Origin: Octopus sinensis
Taxonomy: Eukaryota
Assembly (NCBI RefSeq): GCF_006345805.1
Contig: NC_043003.1
Span: forward strand, 11,966,001 to 12,030,000
DNA: 64,000 bases
Direction: 5' to 3'
This document shows, in pieces, positions 37,940 to 51,093 of this stretch (the stretch's first letter is position 1; each line of letters starts with the position of its first letter). Under the pieces are notes generated by a model. That model was not told the origin of the DNA. It did not search any database and saw only the letters and a list, made by a program, of their open reading frames with translations. The translations under genes and the position numbers were made by a program.

Positions 37940-38335
37940 TCTTTATATATAAAAGAGAGGTTGTGTGCTGTCTGTCTCCTACGATTTAGATTCCTAACTA
38001 CTCCCACATTTTGCGGTGCAGTTTAACCAAAACCGGGTATCTTATAGTCGTGATTCATATCGAGCCCTTCTGGGTATTAGCGCGCGTCTACGATGAGTCT
38101 ACGATTTAAAAAAAAATTTACCATCAATTTTTCCCATTTTTAATGCATTTTTGGCATTTATAAGGGAAGTAACTCTCTAAAAATTTATTATTAAATCTCA
38201 GAACGTAAATAGCTACAGTAACACCCCACCTTTGTGGTTAGCCATATTGAGATGGCTATTATACTTTACATCTCTAAAAATGCTTATATAGTTATTTCCC
38301 TTACAAACCCGAGCAACGCCGGGCGATACTGCTAG
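37940..38335 (+). mobile_element. Non-autonomous Helitron (subfamily A)
   Basis: A|TCTTTATATATAAAAG at the 5' end, CCCGAGCAACGCCGGG hairpin, and CTAG|T at the 3' end. Confidence 0.9.
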
Positions 38336-38752
38336 TATAACATAAATGTTAAGATTGTTCCCAGATCTACCGGAATAGTAGCACCTGTCAGCGTTCCAGC
38401 CATGAGTTAACTAGTATGTCGACTAAGCCGTGCCTCACTTTCCTTCGTTCATCAAATCCGGGCTGTTCCAACATCTGGCAGCTGTTTTGATCATTCACCC
38501 TTTGCAGCTGTCCGACATTCAGTGGCAAGTCGTGCGTTTTGTACTGCTATTATCTACAACAGGACAAAAACTAAGAGAGCTGGGGGCAGTCAAGGCAACC
38601 CGCTACATACCATAGACGCGGTAGTTCGCTGCAGTTTACCTGCAACCCCAGACGACCTGGATCTCCTCCCTGCCATTGGGCCAGTCGCGCATAAACCAAG
38701 TTATACGGTGAAGGATTGGACATCTTTCTCATCACTATAAATAAATCTTTGT

Positions 38753-38993
38753 AAGGCGGCGAGCTGGCAGAAAAGTTAGCACGCAGGATGAAATGCTTTG
38801 CGGTATTTCGTCTGCCGCTACGTTCTGAGTTCAAACTCCGCCGAGGTTGACTTTGCCTTTCATCCCTTCGGGGTCGATTAAATAGGTACCAGTTACATAC
38901 TGGGGTCGATATAATCGACTTAATCCGTTTGTCTGTCCTTGTTTGTCCCCTCTGTGTTTAGCCCCTTGTGGGTAGTAAAGAAACAGGTATTTC

Positions 38994-38997
<4 letters not shown>
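38753..38997 (+). mobile_element. Nin/Deu-type SINE followed by (GATA)n
   Basis: Complete head, core and tail. Confidence 0.88.
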
Positions 38998-39031
<34 letters not shown>

Positions 39032-39041
39032 GAGAGAGAAG

Positions 39042-39088
<47 letters not shown>

Positions 39089-39094
39089 GAGAAG

Positions 39095-39141
<47 letters not shown>

Positions 39142-41092
39142 CATTGTTGCTATTATGCAAAAGTGTCGTAAGTCCAAAACCTTGCTTTTTTCAGAAAACG
39201 GGAAAATAGTTTCACCATTCCATAGCAAAAACCTTTGAACTACACTTTGACAACTTTTGATATCTTGGCATCTGAAGCAGCTGGAGATACGATAGTTTGA
39301 CCAAAAGAACCGGCTATTGCAAGCAAAAATAAGTATTGAAAACAAAAAAAAAATCCGCATTTAGCCACACACACACACACACACACACATCTACGACGAG
39401 CTTCTTTCAATTTCCGTCTGTTCAATCCATTCACAAGACATTGGTCGGCCCGAGGCTATAGTAGAAGACACTCGCCCAAGGTGCCACGCAGTGGGACTGA
39501 ACCCGGAACCATATTGTTGGTAAGCAAGCTGTGGGTGCCGAGATGAAGAATTAAAGGTATGTGCGTGGAGATCAGCAGATGTCGCCAAATGAGGTTTTCG
39601 ATTGGATAACTCTACGTAACTTTAAATGCTCGTAACTTTTTTTATTACCAATTTCTAGAAAAAGTAAATGTAGTTTTCGTCGGAATTACATCAAAATTTA
39701 ACAAGATTCAAATGATGCAATGGACAGTTGTGTCTATTCATGTTGATGATGTTGTGGTTTAGTCAGAGGTCAATTCAGAGTGCATAGACCTATAGTGAAA
39801 AGGTACTCGAGCCGTGACATTCCTATCATATTTTTTGACATTGTGTGTCACCGGCTACATCGCCTGTTCCTGTTTTAAAGGAGTGGGGGGGTAAAGATTC
39901 GGCTGTTATTTCCAGCTGATCAAGTGGTCACATGGAGGCTTCCTTATTGGTTCCCATTGTGCTACGTGATATGAGATGCAGAGAGTATATACGTGTATAT
40001 ATATATATATACAGAATATATAAGCAGATAGTATATATGCGTACATCAAGGCATCCTACACACCCACGTTCAAACGCGCGCACGCACGCACATACACACA
40101 TAAGTACACATGTACTATATAATAATGGCATGCTTTATACATGAGTGTGTGTGTAGGTGTGGGTGTGCTTGTGTGTGTGCGTCTTATATATGAGTGGCCG
40201 TGGGAAAAAAATTGTTTCGCAGCCAGAGGGTTCCGGGTGCAGTCCTAATTCGTAGCCCTTTGGATAAGTTTCTTTTTATAAGCCTTGTCAGTAGATTTAG
40301 TAGACAGAAACCGAAAAGAAGCCCGTCGTATATAAATACATATTTCGGTGCGAATGATCTTTTCATACGGCGCCGTTTTTAGAATCCTGTAAATAATAAT
40401 AATGGTATTTTTATACAAGATTAAAGCTTATGGGGATCACCGTGCAATGATTAAGGAAAATAGTCTGATAAAGGGGCATTAAGCCCTCGATAGAAAAAAG
40501 AAGGCTTTCCTATCCGCGGATAGGAAAGCCTTCGGAGGATCGCGGTTTCGATTCCCAGACCGGGCGTTGTGTGTGTTTATTGAGCGAAAACACCTAAAAG
40601 CTTCACGAGGCTCCGGCAGGGGGTGGTGGCGATCCCTGCAGTACTCTTTTACCCCAACTTTTTCTCACTCTCTCTCTCTCTTCCTGTTTTTTGAGTAACG
40701 CTGTGATGGACTGGTGTCTTGTCCAGCTGTGGGGGGAACACATACGCCACAGAAACCAGGAAACCGGGCCCATGAGCCTTGCAAGGTTTGAAAAGGGCGA
40801 CGTTTATCGTTATATATGGTGTGAGTGTGTATGTGTATATCTGTGTATGTGCGTGGACGCGCGCATCTTTGTGGTTGTGTGTTTGTTACTCAATACCGCT
40901 TGACAACCGGTTTTCGTTTGTTTACGTTCCCGTAACTTAGTAGTTCAGCCTAAGAGATCGACAGAATAAGTACCAGTCTCAAAAATAAAAAAATGGTTCT
41001 TGGGTTGATTCGTTCAATTAAATATTCTTCAAGGAAGTGCCCCAGCATGGCCGCAGTCTAATGACTGGAACAAGTAAAAGATAAAAGAAAAG

Positions 41093-41465
41093 AAGTGGCT
41101 GTGTGGGTAAGAAGCTTGCTTCCCAACCACATGGTTCCTGGTTCAGTTCCACTGCATAGCATCTTGGGAAAGTGTCTTTTGCTATAAACTCATCTTGTGA
41201 GTGGATTTAGTAGATGGAAACTGAAAGAAGCCCGTCGTATATATGTATATATGTATATGCATGTGTTTGTTCATCTGTTTGTTCCCCTAAAATTGCTTGG
41301 CAACCAATGCTGGTGTGTTTACATCCCTGTTAACTTAGCGGTTCGGCAAAAGAGACTGGTAGAATAAGTACTAGGCTTACAAAGAATAAGTCCTGGGGTC
41401 GATTTGCTCGACTAAAAGTGGTGCTCCAGCATGGCCGCAGTCAAATGACTGAAACAAGTAAAAGA
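41093..41465 (+). mobile_element. Microsatellite-bearing CORE SINE
   Basis: Same organisation as 12430-12835. Confidence 0.85.
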
Positions 41466-41533
41466 ATTTTTTTTAAATATACCTTTTATCTTTTATCTCT
41501 CACTCTCTTTCTCTCTCTCTCTCTCTCTGTATT

Positions 41534-41598
<65 letters not shown>

Positions 41599-42816
41599 AG
41601 AGAGAAAGAGTGAGAGAAAGAAAGAGAGGGAAACAGAGAGAGACACGCATTCAGACAGGGGAGAAACTGGGAGAGGATGTTGTAAGCGAGGAAGACAGAC
41701 TCAGACGTGGAAAGAATTGTACTAATAATAAAAAGAAATTAAAAAAAAAGGAAATAACAGCTAATGACAGCTAATTTATTTATTTATTTATTTTTATTTT
41801 ATTTTATTTTATTTTATTTATTCATCTTACATGTTAACCAATTCTTCGCGGGGGTCAGAGTTCTGGAAACAGGATGAGCAATAAACGAATGCCGTTGCGG
41901 AATGGTGGATGGTGTCCGTCCGGCTTGGGGCGAAATGTCTGAGTCACCGTGATCCAAAAGCAACAGTTTTTTTGCAGTGTACGCGCGTGCTCGCGCACAC
42001 ACACACACACACACGTACTCATATACATATACACACAAACACACAAACACGTGTGTACATACACGTTCTCTTTCTCTCTTTTTTTTTTCTCTCTTCCTTT
42101 CTATTTGTCCCTGATTCTCACATCTGCAATCTCTCTCTCGCCCTCCCTCTTTCTCTATCTATCTCTCTTTCTCTATCTATCTATCTCTCTTTCTCTCTCT
42201 CTTTCTTTCTTTCTCTCGCTCTCACACACACACAATCCCTCCTTTCTCTCTACCTTTCTCCACACACATTCTTAGGTGATGAAACGAATTAGGTAAATAT
42301 GAATTTTGGATGTATATGTCCGTTTTCGTGAGTCTGTGTGTGTGTGTGTGTGTGGGAGAGAGAGAGAGAGAGCGAGCGAGAGAGAAACGGAGAGAGACAT
42401 AGAGACAGAGAAAGAGTGAAACAGACCGGGATATAGACAGATATACACACAAAGAGAGAGAGGGAGATTTGCAGAAAGGGAGAGTCAGAAATAGAGACAG
42501 AAAGAGACAAACAGGCTGAGAATGAGAGAGAGACAATGAGACAATGACAATGAGAATGAGAGAGGGTGTGAGAGATAGGAAGAGAAACAGATAGAAACAG
42601 GGAAAAGCGGACAAAGACAGTGTAAAACAGTCTAAGAAAGAGAAAGAGAGAGATGTCAACGCCATTTTTTGATCTATCAGTTGTAAATGCTGATGGATTG
42701 CGATATATGGTCTCCTTAATGTTCTGAGTTCAGATCCTGCCATGGTCGACACATTCCGTATCGATTGTGTGTGTGTGTGTGTGTGGATCGTTGGCGATTT
42801 TTTTCCACCATCTCCT

Positions 42817-42851
42817 GTTTCTGAAGAAGAGTTTTGCTCGAAACGTTAAAC
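42817..42851 (+). ncRNA. Minimal type-I hammerhead ribozyme motif with intact catalytic core
   Basis: GUUU-CUGAAGA-A-GAGU(UUU)GCUC-GAAAC-GUU-AAAC. Stem I is GUUU/AAAC, stem II is GAGU/GCUC and stem III is the palindrome ACGU. The predicted cut is after 42847. Confidence 0.75.
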
Positions 42852-42967
42852 CACCTTCCTTTCGTCCCCTGAGCGTCTGCTAATACTTTACATGTACTAC
42901 GTACTCGCGTTGTGGTTTTTTCTTGTTGTGTTTCCTTTTCGTTTTTGGGGTGATTTACTATATATAT

Positions 42968-43508
<541 letters not shown>

Positions 43509-43521
43509 TATTATATATACA

Positions 43522-43587
<66 letters not shown>

Positions 43588-43698
43588 TTAAAATAGGATA
43601 ATATCTTCATAAGAATTTATCGAGTAGTTAGCGTGAAAAACCTCATAAGAGAAAAAAATCCATCAATTTTTTTCACTTAAATATATTTATTTATACTA

Positions 43699-43948
43699 TA
43701 TAGAGGGCATTATTACACATAAATGCCACACGCTAGGAGGGACTCAAAGTCAAAACTACTAAAATAAATAAACATATCGTACCGAATGCAATTTTCGAAG
43801 CATGACGTTAAAAAAAAAAAAAAGAATTCTGCTTTTAAATGTCTTGCTCCGAGAATTGCATTCGGTACGATATGCTTATTTATTTTAGAAGTTTTGACTT
43901 TGAGTCCCTCCTAGCGTGTGGCATTTATGTGTAACAATGCCCTCTATA
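43699..43948. repeat. Fold-back with ~110-bp imperfect inverted arms
   Basis: tatagagggcatt..gaatgcaatt mirrors aattgcattc..aatgccctctata. Confidence 0.88.
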
Positions 43949-44226
43949 AGCAATCAGTATACATGCTTAAAGAGAGTATATGTTCAGATCCTTCTAAATA
44001 GTGGTATTCGTCTTGCGAAAGTATCGCTTATAGACGTATAGTGTTAAAAACACCGAGTTTCAACATAGCTTCAGTCAACCAAATTCACTCACAACGTATC
44101 GGTCGTCCCGTGGCTATAGCAGAGGGTACTTGCTCAAGTCACCGCACAGTGGGACTGAATCTGAAACCACATAGTTGCGAAGCGAGCTTCTTAACCATAC
44201 AGCTATTACAGAAACATACTAAAAAT

Positions 44227-44460
44227 AAGGCGGCGAGCTGGCAGAAACGATAGCATGCCGGCGAAATGCTTAGCGGTATTTCGTCTGCCGCTTCGTTCTG
44301 AGTTCAAATTCTGCCGAGGTCGACTTTGCCTTTCATCCTTTCGGGGTCGATAAATTAAGTACCAGTTACGCACTGAGGTCGATGTAATCGACTTAATCCG
44401 TTTGTCTGTCCTTGTTTGTCCCCTCTATGTTTAGCCCCTTTTGTGGGCAATAAAAAAAAT
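44227..44460 (+). mobile_element. Nin/Deu-type SINE
   Basis: Complete head, core and tail. A degenerate neighbour lies at ~44485-44680. Confidence 0.88.
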
Positions 44461-45065
44461 ACGAAACATACTGAAAATATCAATCCAAGTCAAGGCCGGG
44501 ATATTGCAGAATCGTTACCGCACCGGAGAAAATGCTGAGCGGCATTTCGTCCGCTAGATGGACTTAGCCTTTCATTCTTTCGGATTCGGAAAATAAATAC
44601 CTGTTGAGCGCTGGGGTCGATGTAATCGACTTACCTCTCCCTCCAGAAATCACTGACCTTTAGCCAAAATTTGAAACCAATACTAATCCCACTCATGTTA
44701 CCTTTGACTAACTGAACTGTTTCTGATGATTTAAGACTCCGTGCAATTCCTCGATTCCTATTTAAGTCAAATAACAGTCCAAAGGGTGTAAGTATTTTAA
44801 TTTTCCAACAACGAATTTCTCTGGGCGAATTATATATCCCAGTTTCTTAATTAATACAGTACTTAAAAACACCGGATTTTGTATTTAGATTGTGTTACAA
44901 AGTTTGTTAATGAAATACATTTTATGTATTCGTTAGTGCAACGACAAGAGTTTTTAATTCCCGGTTTAGGATCAGCTTAATGAATTCTTTTAAAGACATT
45001 GAACTTCTCCTTGCCATATTCTTCACAAGTATCTAGCTCTCTTTCTCAGTTTCTCCCTCTCTCCC

Positions 45066-45127
<62 letters not shown>

Positions 45128-45297
45128 TTATCTATCATCTATCACAGCCTTCTGGAATATTTGGGAGAACACTCTCACACTGGATCCTGTAAGCTTTTTT
45201 GTCCCACCTTGCAAAATAACTGTCGGAAGCCATGGTTTGTTGTCTATTAAATACTTGGATAATCTCAGATCATCATCATCATCATCATCATTTCTTC

Positions 45298-45690
45298 TAA
45301 GGCGGCGAGCTGGCAGAAACGTTAGCACGCCGGGCGAAATGCTTAGCGATATTTCGTCTGCCGCTACGTTCTGAGTTCAAATTTTGCTGAGGTTGACTTT
45401 GCCTTTCATCCTTTCGGGGTCGATAAATTAACTACCAGTTACGCACTGGGGTCGATATAATCGACTTAATCCATTTGTCTGTCCTTGTTTATTCCCTCTG
45501 TGTTTAGCCCCTTGTGGGTAGTAAAGAAATAGGTATTTCGTCTGCCTCTACGTTCTGAGTTCAAATTTTGCCGAGGTTGACTATGCCTTCATCCTTTCGG
45601 GGTCGATAAAATTAGTACCTGTCACGCATTGGAGTCGATGTAATCGACTTAATCACTCCCCCCAAATTTGAGGCCTTGTGCTTCCAGTAG
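45298..45690 (+). mobile_element. Nin/Deu-type SINE with tandem partial repeat
   Basis: A full copy to ~45530, followed by a second core. Confidence 0.85.
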
Positions 45691-45959
45691 AAAAGTTTAT
45701 TATTGTTATTTTTAGTCAAGGGACGAAGCAGTACCCACGATCCTTTACAGAGCCTCAGAGACTTGGGTCATAATAAGGGAGATATTCTCGAACCACAGCC
45801 CTGGTCTGAATGGTTTCCATTAAACAGAATGGTTCCCTTTAAAGGCAGTCAAGGTGTAAGGGTACGGTACTGTACCAGACGATGGGTTACGTCTATCACA
45901 TACGTTAGGTCATGTAGAGGTCTTGAGTTCTGTAGTTAACAAAATACTCTTGATACGTT

Positions 45960-46225
45960 AGTGTTATACCAGAGAACTAGTCATCACATCTCATTAGAGA
46001 TCATAAAGTATAAATGGCAATGCCTCTGACAAGCTCTAAGAATGTCAAATAACAGGATTTCAAAGGTTGCAACTGGATGGATATTCATTGCGAAAATGGG
46101 AAGTAGACGACCGAAGACTAATTTGTAGAATGGTCAGCTGATGATGTCTGACCTAAGAGATGTGAGGGCGGGAGTAACTAGGAACTTGAGTCAAATATGA
46201 GTCGTGAAGAAAAATGTTTGGAAGC
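45960..46225 (+). mobile_element. Possible RTE-type LINE C-terminal remnant
   Basis: Degenerate IKYKWQ..LR..R..W..KMGSRRPKT pattern with stops and frameshifts. Confidence 0.35.
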
Positions 46226-46241
46226 TAGGAGTAGCATACTA

Positions 46242-46806
46242 CAGGATGTTCAAAAGGTCTCTCCGCAGTGATATTTTTGGAAAACACCATCAACACCGAG
46301 AGATATTGCTCAAATATTTATCTATCCCTTTGTAGGCCAACTCACTAAAAGTGAAAGTAATAATGCATACTTTCAGCAAGATGGAGCTACTGAACATACT
46401 TCGCACATCACCATGGCACTGCTTCAAGAAGTTTTCAGTGAACGGATTATTCCGAAGGGACTTTGGCCACCAAGATCCCCTGATTTAACACCGCCAGACT
46501 TTTTTTGTGGGGAGCAAGTAAAGGATCAGTGTACAAGAATTGCCCAAAAACCATTAATGAGCTAAAAGACGCAATGATAACCTTCACACGGTCCATATCG
46601 CATCAGACTCTCCAAGATGTATTTCAAAACATGGGTAGAAGAGTCAACTTATGTATTGAGAATGAAGGCCGACACTTTCATACTTCTTATAAAGTTTTTT
46701 AAAGTCTTGTAAAGTCGTAATATATTCTTTTGTAGTTTTATACCATCTTATAAATATTTATTTTCCAATAAAATACTTACCGCTGAGAGACCTTTTGAAC
46801 ACCCTG
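46242..46806 (+). mobile_element. Internally deleted Tc1/mariner-superfamily element (rosa/maT-like) with both TIRs
   Basis: TIRs CAGGRTGTTCAAAAGGTCTCTC with flanking TA. The transposase fragment FQQDGATEHTS..WPPRSPDLTPPDFF has 38 residues between the second and third catalytic D. Confidence 0.9.
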
Positions 46807-47356
46807 TAGAATGGTGAGACAGAGAGGAAAAAGTAATGGTGGGAGAGGGGAGGGGAGAAAAAGGGAGATGGAGTGTGAGGAGTGTGGGGAGAAGGAGAGA
46901 GAGAAAGCGGGAAAGGAAAAAAGGAAAGAAAGCCAGAAGGAAAGAAAAAGATACACAGAAAGGAAACAAGAAAGAAAAAGCGAAAGCATGAAAGACAGAA
47001 GAAAAGAATGAAAGAAAGAAAGGAAATAAGAAAGAAAGATGTGAAGCTTATTATTTCAATGTTCTGGGGTTGAATTATGAAGAAATATTCATAATCGTGC
47101 GTTCTTCAACATGCTCGATAAAATAGTACCAGTTATAAACTGTGGTCCACTATACACACTACACCCACCTTTCAATGCCAGCGAGTCGGTTTCATCAAAG
47201 CTAAACAGGGACTAAATAACAACAATTAAAAGATGAAACATCGGGTCTCAGATAAATTCATTCATTTTTCTTTTGTTTTTTTTTCTTCATTTATTTAATC
47301 CATTTTTCATCAGTTTTTTTGCAAATCAGTAAATAATATATTTCTTCCCTTCATTC

Positions 47357-47575
47357 TTATTTCTTTACTGCCCACAAGGGGCTAAATATAGAGGGGAAAA
47401 ACAAGGACAGACAAATTATATCGATCCCAGTGCGTAACTGGTACTTATTTAATCGACCCCGAAAGGATGAAAGGCAAAGTCGACCTTGGCGGAATTTGAA
47501 CTCAGAACGTAGCAGCAGACGAAATACCGCTAAGCATAAACATTTCGCTCGGTGTGCTAACGATTCTGCCATCTA
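47357..47575 (-). mobile_element. Nin/Deu-type SINE
   Basis: Complete reverse-strand copy. Confidence 0.85.
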
Positions 47576-47600
47576 GTAGCCTTTGGTGTAGCCATAATAA

Positions 47601-47996
47601 TCTTTATATATAAAAGAGAAGTTGTGTGTCTGTCTCCTACGATTTAGATTCCTAACTACTCCCACATTTTGCGGTGCAGTGTAACCAAAAGCGGATATCT
47701 TATAGTCGTGATTCATATCGAGCCCTTCTGGGTATTAACGCGCGTCTACGATGAGTCTTCGATTTAAATAAAAATTTACCATAATTTTTTCCCATTTTTA
47801 ATGCATTTTTTGCTATTATATACGGGAAGTAACTCTCTAAAAATGTATTATTAAATCTCAGAACGTAAAAAGCTACAGTAACACCCCCCCCTTTGTGGTT
47901 AGCCATATTGAGATGGCTATTATACTTTACATCTCTAAAAATGCTTATATAGTTATTTCCCTTACAAACCCGAGCAACGCCGGGCGATACTGCTAG
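47601..47996 (+). mobile_element. Non-autonomous Helitron (subfamily A)
   Basis: A|TC and CTAG|T termini with 3' hairpin. Highly similar to 37940-38335. Confidence 0.9.
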
Positions 47997-48623
47997 TATA
48001 TATATAATAAAGACTGGATATTCTTCTCTCCCGATCTCTTTACCATCCTCCCTCCATCGTGCACGACGACGTTCTTTCTCTCTGCATCTTTATTAAATAC
48101 ACTGTGTAATACAGTAGAGTAGCTAGCAGCCAGTTATAATATAATATATATAATATAATATAATATGTGTTTGATATACCACTTGCGTAAACCGAGCTTT
48201 CAGTTGAGTAAATAAAATGCACTCCTGGACTCAGGTTGATGTAGACAATGTTGATTGATTGTGACACCCAGTCTAAAGTAGTTCCGCTTAGTTTCTTCAG
48301 GGTAGGTGGGGGTGGGGTAGGGGTGGAGTTGGGTGGGTTTTTTTGTTTTGTTTTTGTTTTGTTTTGTTTTTTCTTCTAGTTTAGTGCAACACTGTATCCG
48401 ATGTTGAAGGAATTTCGCTTACGCATGCATGTTTTCTTTGCTCTGCTCTTTAATTTTCTTAAATATGCTTTTAGATTGTGAGCTGAGGATGTGAGAGACG
48501 ACACGAGATAAATATAAAATATAAGCTACAAGCTGGTTTTAAAATGCTTATAACCAACCAGTCTCTCTTCCTCTCTCTCTCTTTATCCCTCTTTCTGCTT
48601 CTCTCTCTCTCTCTCTCACTCAC

Positions 48624-48682
<59 letters not shown>

Positions 48683-48704
48683 GATTACCTACTTAGCTAT
48701 CAAT

Positions 48705-48740
<36 letters not shown>

Positions 48741-48909
48741 AAACTACAGGAGTAGTTGAAAGCTCTAATATGAAGAAATAATATGTGATATTGTGATATG
48801 TAAATAAATATATATTTTTATAACCATCCGGCATTCTGAACACCTCTTTCTTTCATGTGTATTAAATCTGTACATCAACCCCAATACTTCTAACATATAT
48901 ATGTGTGTG

Positions 48910-48971
<62 letters not shown>

Positions 48972-48993
48972 GTCACAATTATTCGGTAGCCAT

Positions 48994-49054
48994 GATAAAA
49001 CTCCGAGTTTCAGAAGTCGTGCCGGAATACCACGCCGCTATCTCTTCAGTTATC
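48994..49054 (-). ncRNA. Type-I hammerhead ribozyme motif with intact core
   Basis: The minus strand reads GAUAA-CUGAAGA-(31-nt imperfect stem II)-GAAAC-UCGGA-GUU-UUAUC. Stem I GAUAA/UUAUC is perfect, and stem III is the near-palindrome ACUC-G-GAGU. Confidence 0.65.
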
Positions 49055-49237
49055 GGGCCATCGAAAAAAGAAAAAAAAACCGGAGTTTTATCATGGCTAC
49101 CGAATAATTGTCACATATAACATTTACATATAAATTCCTCTATTTACATAATATCGAGATCTCTTTCATTCTTTTGTTGTCTTATCATTTCTATCATATA
49201 TGTATATATATATATATATGTATATATATACATATAT

Positions 49238-49287
<50 letters not shown>

Positions 49288-49377
49288 ATATATATTTATA
49301 AAACCTCTTACCTATCAATTTATTGATCTATTTGTTTGTCTATCTATCTAAATACCTACTTACCTATAGATCTATTG

Positions 49378-49779
49378 CTAGCAGTATCGCCCGGCGTTGC
49401 GTTGCTTGGGTTTGTTTCGACCCTTTAGAAGTGTAATTTTTTAAAACTAAAAATTTTGCATTATGTAGCTTGTTATTCTCTTTAAGTGAACATTTTTCTG
49501 GTTGAAATACACCGAAAAATGACGACACAGCAGTCAAAAAATCGTTAAAAATAGGGATTTTCATAGAAAAAAAAGCACCTTTTTGATGTAAATAATTTTT
49601 GGTGTTAACATGGTCCGATTTGAATTTTTTTTCTTCTACGGAAGGAAGGGCAAGCCTTCTTCTATCATACTTTCAATTTTGGTCAACTTGCGCTGCAGGG
49701 TCTCGAAGGAGATAGTGTTAGTTGAAGGCTATCAAACCTGCCATTCACAGACAACTTCAGCTTTATATATATAGAGAGA
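49378..49779 (-). mobile_element. Non-autonomous Helitron (subfamily B)
   Basis: Sister copy of 20324-20711, with the same termini. Confidence 0.85.
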
Positions 49780-49930
49780 TAATGCTTCATACCATTGCTC
49801 TATCTGTGTCTTTCATAAAACCTATTTCCTCTCATTCCCTGTATATCTCGCGTTTTCTCTCTCTCTCTCTCTTCACTCTATAACGTTCAAACACATACTC
49901 ACCATTTTCTTTCCGTCTTATTCCTCTCTA

Positions 49931-49969
<39 letters not shown>

Positions 49970-50157
49970 CTCTCTCTTTCTATTTCTCATTCTGGCCCTC
50001 ATCCTTACTCCCTCCTTTACTTGCCCTGATTGTTTCATAAGAACCAAGAAGAGTAATCTTTTGTGCTACTCACCTGATTTTATATACGGTTCGACAACTA
50101 GATCTTTGTTAGTAAGCGTTATCAAAGATATCCCGTTTGGTCTTCTTTATACATTAA

Positions 50158-50557
50158 CTAGCAGTATCGCCCGGCGTTGCTCGGATTTGTAAGGGAAATA
50201 ACTATATAAGCATTTTTAGAGAGTTATAGCCAAAAAATAGCCAAAAAATGCATTAAAAATGGGAAAAAAAAAATGATGGTAAATTTTTTTTAAAAATCGT
50301 TGACTCATCGTAGACATTTTTAGAGAGTTACTTCCCTTATATAATAGTGAAAAAATGCATTAAAATGGAAAAAATTATGGTAAATTTTTTTTAAATCGTA
50401 GACTCATTGTAGACGCGCGCTAATACCCAGAAGGGCTCGATATGAATCACGACTATAAGATACCCGGTTTTGGTTAAACTGCACCGCAAAATGTGGGAGT
50501 AGTTAGGAATCTAAATCGTAGGAGACAGACACACAACTTGACTTTTATATATAAAGA
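50158..50557 (-). mobile_element. Non-autonomous Helitron (subfamily A variant)
   Basis: Same termini as 37940-38335. It lacks the ~95-bp internal cassette and has an internal duplication. Confidence 0.88.
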
Positions 50558-51093
50558 TATAATCATACCTCACCGTACGTCGTTAATTGGTTCCAGGTTG
50601 TGTTTATGGTAACCGATGAATTCGGTAAATTGTTAGGCAAGCCTAGGCTGCTTTTATATCAGAAAGAAATAATTTCGAATGCTGTACTGTTGCCTACCTG
50701 ATGACTGACGTCGGTGTTACTCGTTGAGGCTGGTGTAGGAGAAGAAAAAGAAGAAGAAGAAGAAGAAGGAGAAGAAGAAGAAGGAGGAGAAGAAGAAGAA
50801 GAAGAAGAAGGAGATTACACACTAGATGGCGATGGTTGGAGATCTATTTCTATTTCTTTACTACCCACGTCTATCAAATCCACTTACAAGGGTTTGGTCG
50901 GCCCGAGGTTATAGTAGAAGATACTTGCCCAAGGTGCCGCGCAGTGGGACTGAACCCAGAATCATATGATTGAGAAGCAAGCTTCTTACCACACAGCCAC
51001 TCCTGCGCCTGTTTATCTTTCGCAAAACAATTCATTAAAATCCTGTTCTTCCAGTTCATTGCTCAACTGCACCAAGGTCTTGTTCACTTCAAC

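Noticed and set aside
46748-47073. K/E/R-rich and F/L/S-rich ORFs (also 41418-42752 and 50714-50914)
   Set aside because: They derive from purine/pyrimidine low-complexity tracts ((GA)n, (GAA)n) and are not genes.
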